A stretch of DNA of 64,000 nt from Octopus sinensis (lineage: Eukaryota): the NCBI RefSeq assembly GCF_006345805.1, contig NC_043006.1, positions 54,622,001 to 54,686,000 of the forward strand, read 5' to 3'. Positions 26,531 to 36,700 of the stretch are shown here, one piece after another (position 1 is the stretch's first letter; each line of letters begins with the position of its first letter). The position numbers and the translations under genes are program-made. The notes under the pieces were generated by a model, which saw nothing but the letters and a program-made list of their open reading frames with translations, had not been told where the DNA came from and made no database searches.

Positions 26531-29269
26531 TTAAAGTTCTTCAAAATATCTTAGAGAGAAATCATCCAATTTTGTTGTTTCAATCTGTTTCTGGAAATGA
26601 TTTGTCTTTACTGCCAGTATGACTGACTAAATATATATCACTATCAGATACAGCTGTATTGAACTGTTTTTTTTTTAACATTCACATTTCCATTTTTGTA
26701 TGGATCAGATGAAATTCAGTGAGGGAGATTTTCTATGGCTCGATACCCTTCCCTTTGCCAATCTTTACACGTCTCTAAGTAAAGTAACATTTACTCAGAT
26801 ATGTTTCAGCAGACTGGAAACAATGCCTGTAAAATAATGATGCATGTCTTACAACAATGTCAAGATAAGACACATGCACAGATTTCTTTTAATTATTGTC
26901 TACCAAATCCACTCACAAGGATTTGGTTGGTATGAGGCTATGGCAAAAGACACATGCTGTTGAGCAAGTTTCTGAGTCTGAAACCATACTTCTCATCTAC
27001 ACAGCCAAGTCTGTTCTTTAATACAATTTAGTAGAAATATACATAGAATTCAACCGGAAGAAATAACAGAAACTTGAAATAATTGTCAAATATTTGCAAT
27101 AACATTAATGCCGTAACTAGATATGCTCTTTTCTTGTATTTATAACAAGATAACTGTAATCATTTTTGTTTACTTTGAAGATGAGTGACCTAGTGGTTAG
27201 GGTGTTGCACTCGCAAAATCATGGGTTTGATTCCCAGACTATGCAGTGCATTGTGTTCTTGAGCAAAACATTTCAGTTCAACTGTAAATGAGTAACCTTG
27301 TTATCAGCTGCTGGCAAATTTGTAGTCAAGCCTGTGGAGACATCTGGTGTTCTTTGCCCCCAGACTAAATCCATATCAGGGAAGTGATGGCTATAAGTGC
27401 TAGCCCTGTGAGTCAGAGTGACTGTTCTAGTACATCTCCCTCACCATCTTCTGGGGCAACACCTTTTCCATTTTGTCCACTAGGATCATGAGGCAGACTG
27501 ACAAGTCTTATGCCCCTTAAAAATAATATCCATTAACACATGCCACTCCCTACCAAATATATTGCTGTAATTGTGGATTGTCTCTTGCTTCGATCAATAT
27601 ACTTGCAACAGATTGGCATCTTGTTAAGGAAATAAGTTGTAATCTCAGTCACTTATATTAGTGAGCCATGTCTTACTTGTACATTTCAGTTTAAGATTGG
27701 TTTCCACAAGTGGATGCTCTTCCTGTCACCAACCACTTTCCAGTGTAGAATGCATTTTGTTGGAGCAACAGCACAACAGAAGTTCATAAAGACAAGATTA
27801 GTGTCCTCTCAATGCAATTGTTTGTTTGCCAACTTTACAAAGCATACTGGATGCATATTTTGGCATCAGTACTAGTGAGATTGCTTTGTATCTCAAAACC
27901 AGAGTACTCACTGTGGACATATTTCCAATAAACCAGATTTTAACTATTGTATCTACCATTATTTATGGCTGCAGTAGTATTCCCCCTCTCACACCCACAA
28001 CAGGCAAACAAGCTTGAAGCATAGTATGTTTGTATTGTTTCTTTTCCACCACCCTCTCTTCAAAATGCTTCTACACCAAGAAATCAATGTTTTATTTTTA
28101 ACTAAAATATTTGGAATAAGGCCAAAAGACAGCAACTCAAAGATTTACTGTTGTTACTGAGCTGGAATTAAGATGTCTTGATAAGTTTTAAGCTAATAAT
28201 AATTACTAGAATAGCCTTTTTTATTATCTAGATATGAAATTTTATGGAGCTATATTTGTATAAGCCTCATTGCAAAATGTAAACAAATATCTATGTATTT
28301 GTTGTAATAATGGCACTGTAATAGTTTATTCACTAATCTTTTAGTGAATAAAAATGGCAGTCAGTAATAGGCAAGTATTATAATTATTTCATTTGTAGCA
28401 CTCGTCCTCTCAGCCTCAAACAGCAAGTAAACATATCTGAAGAATTGTAGTAGTGACCCCCATCTCTTATGATGCTTGATCAACTACGCTGCTTTTCCCC
28501 CTCCTCATAACTATTCATACCTCCATTAGATTACTTCAGACTACCCCAATATTAAGTTTGTATGTTTCTACATACTTTTTGCTAATATAATCATTAGTAC
28601 TTATGTATGTATTTCATTTGTATAATAATAAGGTATGTAAATTTTTTGTCATAAATCCTATCTAGTATGCTGTAAGCAGTATCGACTTCAGTCTAGGAAA
28701 CTACTCTCATAATCCCTCTGCAATACAGAAATAGTCTACCATAAGCTTCACACTTTACCAGAATTATGGAAAAACACGAACCATAATGCAGCTGACGTGA
28801 ATATGAATGCAAAAACTCAATGAAAAACAGACAATAGAGAAGACGGATTCCCTTGTGCCCATAGAATAAAATGTACCAAAGTAGTTGGTGATAAAAGCAT
28901 AAAGCCAATAAAACATCATAAGTTACAAATATAACCCCACCCCTTAAATGCACATACAGGAGTGACACAACTCTGTTAGTGCTGTAGTCAAGTGGAAATG
29001 TCTGGCCATACAGGAAACCCCATTGTTAACAAATGAATGCACTAACTCCTTTAGGGCTGCCATCACAAAAAGTAGTACTTGGAAAATTGTCGAGGTGCCA
29101 GAACAAGAGGCTAGTCAATGAATGTCATGTACAAGGGGTAAGCATCATCACAAGGTAACTAATTTTCCTGGCTGGAATAAGTAAATTGTCATAAAAATGG
29201 ATAGTGAGGTAGTTAAAGCTATCATCTCTTTAGGTGAAATGGCAAGACTCACAAAAGCTACCTACTGAA

Positions 29270-29510
29270 GTCCAGACCAAGAAGAAATGGGAGTTTGTTG
29301 AGACACACCCAATGAAAACTGGCTTTTAATATTACAAGGCAAGCCCTCTGATGGACACCCAAGAGAAGCATAGCAAATCAAGAACATGGAGAAGGGCCAT
29401 GGAAACTGAAGCATCGGCAGACAGCTGCTCTTGGGAACAACTGCAATCCATTGCTAAAGACAGAGAGAAATCTCATTAGCAACCAATGCTCCACATGGAG
29501 GCAAATTAAT
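29270..29510 (+). mobile_element. Decayed RTE-type LINE C-terminus
   Basis: Broken frames resemble GHT...NITRQAL...TWRRAMETE...SWEQLQSIAKDREK. Confidence 0.55.
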
Positions 29511-30736
29511 ACATCAGCATGTGCTCAACATTCAGGACTGGAAGATGAGCAAAACGTCAGTTTTTATGAAACTATTTCAGTGACAGTTATGTCTTCTATA
29601 GCTGCAGGTTAATCAAAAAGCCTTGTGTTGATTTGAAAGGTGGGAACTGCATGTGTTTTTGTCTCCTTGCCATGACATTATGCAACAGTCATCACCATAC
29701 AATCCTGTAGAAATGTCTAGCCATGAGGAAAATATCTTCTTCGCAAACGAGTGTTGGCAATGGGCAGGGTGTCTAGCCATAGAAAAATCTATCTCAGTGA
29801 GTTATTGCTGATCTATGCAAGCATGAAAAAGTAGATGTCAAAACTATGATGATGCAGTCTGATGGCTGCTATGAAAGCTATGTGTATATCAGAAAAAATT
29901 ATTGAAGAAAACTCAATAATAAAGAGGTCTCAAAGTACACCAAGACAAAAATGTTTTAGTTAGCAAAGAAAGCAGATTTCTATTGCCATTATCAATATAC
30001 AAAAATAGACAAGAATTCCATATGGTGTACCTGCTGTAAACTATAAACGTGCAAGGTATACTGGAATTACAGAAAGGCTGAGAGAAAAGAAAAACCTTGT
30101 ATGTGGTAGATGTAGAGGAATAGTTAGTAGTGAAAGCACAAATAAAATAAATTCTGTTAAATGCTAAAAAGGATTATCTCAGAGTTTAAGTAAATCTTAT
30201 TACATGCAATCTGATGTTGCATTACACCAAAATATGAACTTGCCATGACGCAGAGAATGCATGAAGGCTCGAAACAAATGAAGTAGATACATTTTACTAG
30301 ATATGTACTGTTATTGTGCATGAATGATTAGAGTACAAATGGGTATAGTGAAAGACTAGGTATAAGAAAAAAATATAATAAAGGTAACTATTGGTGCAAA
30401 CTTGCAATGTATATGGAAAGTGATAGTTGGGTAAAGAAGTACCAGTGATTTGAGTGGAAGGTAAAGACATAGGCTGTAACTGTGAAAGCCAAACTGATTT
30501 TCAGAAAGGAGATAAGTGACTGCGACAGGTGGTGACAGGCTGTGCTGAAGATCCACACATTCTATACAAGCACAGATCCTGTTACAAGAGGCAACAATGG
30601 AAGTGTTGTGTGAAATTGAAGAGATAGTCAGGATTCAATTCAATATTTACAAGTATATTAATAGCAAAGACAGGACAAGTGAAAATAAATAGAAACTCAA
30701 AAGACAAAAGAACAAACACCAAATTTAGTTTATAAT

Positions 30737-30742
30737 TTTATT
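30737..30742 (-). promoter_or_regulatory. RPS21: RPS21 polyadenylation signal AATAAA
   Basis: AATAAA lies about 20 nt after the TGA stop. Confidence 0.7.
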
Positions 30743-30762
30743 TTCTATTTGGCAGGCCATAT

Positions 30763-33700
30763 TCAATAATTTCTGAAAGAAAAAGAAAAAATATGTATTG
30801 AAATTAAGTTTTGAAAGACATGTAATATAATAGAAAATTAAATTCTATAAAGTTGAAATATTTCTATGTATTTGAATCAAGTTTCCACTGCATTTACCAT
30901 CAATTAATGCAATAGTGTAAGCATGACTGCATGGGTAAGAAATTTGCAAACACATAGTTCCAGCTTTAATCCCACTGATTAAGGTAAAATCTTTTAGCAA
31001 TGCCCTGGGTTGACCAATGCCACTGCACCCTACTGAAATTTAGTAGATAGAAATTGCAGAAGCCTGTTGCAAATAAATTAATATAATATACAAAGGCTAC
31101 TTATTTCCACCACAAAAAGTGCTAATTATTTATCAGTGATTGCCCTGTTGGAAACCAATACAACCAATAATATTATTGTGCATGAAACAATTCTTCTGAT
31201 AATAAATCTTTTTAGAGTTAAGCGTGTTTATATATATATATATATATTTCATATTTTACTTCTTTCAGTCATTGGGCTGCAGCCATACTGGGGCACCATC
31301 TTGAAGGGATTTTAGTTGAATGAATTGACCACAATACTGAATCTTTTTTTCTTACATGCCTGGGATTTATTCCATCACTCTCCTGTTGAACTGCTAAGTT
31401 ACAGGGACATAAAGCAAACGAACACCAGTTGTCAAGTGGAGGTGAGGGGACAAACACATGATAGGCGTCTTTTAGTCTCTGTCTACCAAATCCACTCAGA
31501 AGGATTTGATTTACCTGGGGCTATAGTAGAAGACACCACATGAACCTGGAACCATGTAGAAAGGAAGCAAACTGACCACACAACCACCAAAAATACCAAG
31601 CCCAAACAAACTTTCACAACTTACTTTGCAATAATTCCATCCCTTTTTGCTAAGCGGCAAATACTGTCATCAGATTCACCCTATAAAGAGAGAAGAGAGA
31701 GAGAAAAAAAAAATTTAAAAGGCATCGAAAAGAAATGTTACTGTGAATCTAAGGCTGCATCTCCCTAAATATGAGAAACTTACTGAAGATGAAGTTAATT
31801 CAAAATGTATTAGAACCAAATCTGGCAAACCTTTCATTTTGTAGAATTCTATAATTCAGTACCATCACTTAATAGTGATGCACACCATTATCTATGTAAT
31901 GAAAAGAATGTCAGAGGTGCTTGTCCAGACAATCTTATATGGAAAATTATCTGAAAGTTTTCCTCTTTTTATCTTCCAAAGTTTTGGCCCCAGTCACAAA
32001 AATGAAGCATGAACAGGAATTTGACAACTTTGGCGTTACATGCAAATAAAGATAGAATCACAACAGACTTCCTACATAATCTAGCAATTTTCCAATATTA
32101 ACATTATAATAATGAGCCAAGTTGAAATATATCGAGGGTATTACCATCTGTCGAATCTTCCCACAAATAGCATATGTTTTGTTTGAACCTGTCATTCTGC
32201 CTGTAGTAACATCAACCTGAGAAAGGGAGAAAGATTAGAAATAAAATCATACAAAAACCACATTTCATTCTGATGTGTGTGTGTGCAAGCCATTTTAACT
32301 TGCAACACAAACTGCCAAAAGATAAAAAAACAAAACAAAATGGAAACTAATGTCAGAGGTGCTTGTCCAGATAATTTTATAAGTGAAAAATTAACTGAAA
32401 GTTTTCCTCAATTTATATCCCAAAGACTAGGCTCTGTACACAGGGATACTATGTGAACAGGAATTTGACAACTTTGGTGATACATTTTACATACAAGTTA
32501 CACAACTCTTTTACAAAGGAAACCTAGAGGACCTGTAAACATGGTGAACTGAAGATCACAAGAATGGCAGCAGTGAAGTAGATTGAAAGGTTTAAGTGTG
32601 TATGTATGTTCGAGAGTACGGGCATGTGTACATGTTGGTAAAATTTCTAGCAAGTCTACCATCACTGCCAGGAAGGGCTGTGGCATTGTTCTCCCCTCTT
32701 GAACACACACATTAAAGAAAACCATTGTCCAAATAGTAGTGACGTCTGATCTATTTAAGCCCGACTATGCTAAAACTTTTGAATGCCACCAACTCTTACA
32801 AGTAGTATAGAGAAAGAAAGAAATTTTCTAAATGGATAATGTGAAGAAAGTCAACAAAATAAGCATATGTTACAAAAATACTTGGATCATGGAACAGCAA
32901 CAATTAGATTATACAAGATTTTTCATTTATATAGATCTCACAATCACCATGTATATACAGTCGAACAGAAAGATATCAATGACAAAAGGAAACAGATTTT
33001 GAACTTGTATTACATGGTGACTGATAAGGTCCAGAGGCCCATGATTCAAAAACTTTCAAGCCGTGATTATCCTGTGTTATGCAGTGCATGTAGAACTTAC
33101 GTAACACATGATTTTTTTAAAAGATGGTATGCTGAGATTAGAGATTTGACTGCTATTTCTTATAGCTGTATGTTATACTAAACTTAAGAAATCCTATGTT
33201 CAATTCAATTCCCTCTCACTTTAACACTCATTATAATTATTATCTCTGCCTAAGTGAAGGCAGAGGTATTGTTTTCAGTCATGTTTGTCTGTGGACAAGA
33301 TATCCTAAGAACCGTTGGATGGATTCAGATGAAACTTTCATGAACTGATTAGATTTTGGGATTGATCCAGTACTAGACAAGAGTTCTGGATTATCTACTA
33401 TATTTACTTTACATGCTACCCTCCAACCCATGCTAGCATAGAAAGCGGACGTTAAACGATGATGATGATGATGATGAAATATTATGATCTTATATTCACT
33501 TTCAAGTATTTCTCTGATTATCTCCCTTGAAAGCACATTCATGATTTCCACATAAATTTCAGCAGCGTTGCCGTTTCAAAAGTTTTATATTCGTTTCTCT
33601 ATTATTAATTTCATTCGCATCTCTATCTTAGTAGAAACTGATAGAAATCAAGCTACATAAACAAACGGCAGCAAAGTTGTTCAGAAACTAAATAACACTA

Positions 33701-36700
33701 ACATATTCAGTAACAATAATAAATTTATCCCCGACAATTTTTAGTTTTACCACTTTTGAATATATCGCTCCTCTTTAAAACCTCTCACCTACTTGATAAT
33801 TGCATTTCTCGCTCTGCCCCGAAGGAAGCTTTACTTAATGGACTCACGCTTTTGTGCGCAACAATGTTGTTAAACCCCTGTTAACAGCACAATATGCAGG
33901 TCCTTTCTGTTTTCTTTCATGCGTGGATAAATTTTTTACTCCAGACCTCAAGGGCTGTAAAAACTATATCAGTAGATAGACTAAAAAAGGCCTTCATAGA
34001 GAAAACTGTCCCTGTCCACACTGCCGACAACACACACACACAGCCTGCACACCCATCTTCACATTCCAGGACTTCCACTGGGATCGATCAGGTATCAGAC
34101 AAGGATTCTGCATTATTATTTTTCTATCTTTTTTTTTTTTGATCTTTTGAGAGTGGTTATGTTCACCTTCAGTATTCTCGTTTATTTCAGATATTCTCAT
34201 TTTAAAAATAATCTCTTCCTAATTGTTGGTGTTGCCCTCCCTGGTGGAGGTTTGCATTCACGGAAGTTTTTATCCTCTGACCTCTACTGGATGTCTTTTT
34301 CCTGAACACTTCCTACGACTAACTAACTATATGGAATGCTTACCCCAACCTCTCTTCTCCCTCCATCCCTACCTCCTGTTGAATATAGTGATTTTGTAGC
34401 AAATAAAATGATGGTGTAGTGTATGCAGGTTAAAGGCTATTTGTATGTTTATGAGACCTGCCAAATGCAAGCATTCTTTTCAGATGCATAATGCTGTTGT
34501 CTTCCATCACAGACCTTCCATACCCTCAGAGTTGGCATATTGAAAGGTAGGTCTGGTGAGATTGTTGAGATGCTTGAACAGAGACATGTAGATTTGTGCA
34601 GCACCCAAGAAGGTGAAGAGGAAGTCCTACTAGGTTCCTCACAGGCAAAGAACATAGGTATAAGATCTTTTGGGGTAGGGGGCATGAGTATACTCCTTGT
34701 GGAGAAATGGGTTGATAAGGTAATAGAGGTAGTCAGAGTCTGTGATAGAATACTTAAGCTTAGACTAGTGCTGCAATACAGATTACCAACCATTATCTTG
34801 GCCTATGTACTTCAGCCAGGACTACCCAATGAACAGAAAGACCAATTTTATAAGAAGACCCAGCAAGCCAAGTGAGATCGTAGCTGTGCCCGATGCCAGC
34901 GTCACATAACCAGCCTATTTAAAAGTACCCTTCAATCATCAGGCAATATGCTGTGCTTGAGAAAACCTGTTGAGTCAAGTGAAATTGTCATCATGGCTGG
35001 TGCCAGTGCTGCCTGACTGGTATGTAAAACACATCCAACCCATGCTATGGAAAGCGGATGTTAAACGATGATGATGATATTCTCTAAGAGCTTTCTCAAA
35101 ATGAGCAGTACTTCCTCTTGCAGGGTGTGTGTGTGAAATAATGTTGTTATAAGTACTGGGAACAGTAAAGCATGACAGATGTTTCTAATTGCCTTCACTT
35201 TCAACTTTTATCCTATGAGCAAATCATTTGCAGTTCGTTGTCCATGCTGGCACAGGTTGGATGGTTTGACTAGGGCTGGTAATCCACACCAGCCTCCAAT
35301 CTGATTTGGCATGGCTTTCTACAGCTGGATGCCCTTCCTAATGGCAACAACCCTGAGAATAATGCTTTTAGATGCCGCCAGCATGGGTATCATTTGCATG
35401 ACACCAGTATCTGCACAACTGCCATTTAATATAATTCCAAGGGCCTCAGTCATTGCCTCCATGAGGCCCAACATTCGAAAGGAACATGGTTGTGCTTTTA
35501 ATTTTACTGTATTGTAGCAAGAGTTCAGTGTTAAGAAAAAAGGAATGATAGTTTTAAAAAAAAGAAGTTGAGAAGCATTGGTCTAAAATTCACAGGTGAA
35601 GACAAACATTCTGAAACCAAATTTTAACTAAGAATATTGGTTAAATTTGTAATACTTACTTCAGCAATGTTTATTTGTACAGAAGCATGATCTTTGGCAG
35701 CAATAATGCTATTACTGGCTGAACTAGACACAAAAAGAAAAAAAAAAGAAGAAACCAATGATTATGATCATGAAGAAAATTATTTTAGATTTTAAAGAAA
35801 AATTGGTAGAACTTAAGAGTTGTCTCGGTGCGCGCTAGCTAGTTGTGACTAGTCGACCTTTACTTTGCTTTAAAAAAATATTTATTTTGTTTTATTTACT
35901 TTGCTAGGTAGTCGTTGTAGGATCGACTAGTCATGACTAGCTAGCACGGATGCACGAGTACACGTACCAGACCACTCTTCTTAAGTACTACCAAGTAGTA
36001 CCGAAAAATTACCATCGCAAGTTATTATACTTAAAAAATTACTCGTAGATACTGTTTTATAAACACCATTTGGTGTTTGGGAACAGTTCAGATGTGCAAA
36101 CCAGTTGAATATTCAGATTAGAAATCTGAGATATATTTTCAACAGTTCGACATTTTATATACCAAAGTTTTGACTCCACTCACAGGTTTTTACCATGAGT
36201 CGCAACACCCTTTGGAAAATGATCACCATAACTCCAATATCAAAATATGCTAACATTAAAAGGGGTAGGTAAAAAATATGCACACCACTCGTTTTCGGCA
36301 TAATCCTCACCTTAAACATTGGGTGTGCATATTCTTATTGGTCGTTGCACCAGAAAATAAGGGGCTAATCTTTTGGAATACGTCTCAGACTTATTATCTT
36401 CGTCGTTTTCCGTGAGCACGTGTTGTCTTTTTATCTGTAAACACTCCTGTTTGACGCGTCGAAGAGGACGCTAATGGGTGTGTACCAGTTTTGTTTTTAT
36501 GTAACCATTTCTTTAAGTGTTATTCTTTTACTTGTTTCAGTCATTTAATTGCGGCCATGCTGGAGCACTGCCTTTAGTCGAAAACAATGACCTCAGGATT
36601 TATTCTTTGTAAACCTAGTACTTATTCTATCGTTCAATTTTGTCGAACTGCTAAGTTACGGGGACGTAAGCACACCAACATCGATTGTCAAGCGATGGTG

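Noticed and set aside
32565-32690. Hairpin GCAGTGA..GTAGA / TCTAC..TCACTGC in RPS21 intron 3
   Set aside because: No C/D or H/ACA boxes, and the loop is too large for a pre-miRNA.
33000-33120. Possible fifth H/ACA snoRNA in RPS21 intron 3 (stems TGTGTTA/TAACACA and CATGG/CCATG, an ACA nearby)
   Set aside because: Box spacing is wrong, I found no rRNA-complementary pocket, and there is no paralog.
33787-33850. Minus-strand donors (AAGC|GTGAGT) suggesting an internal RPS21 promoter
   Set aside because: RPS21 is already complete with its own TOP exon, and the region is better explained by TE remnants.
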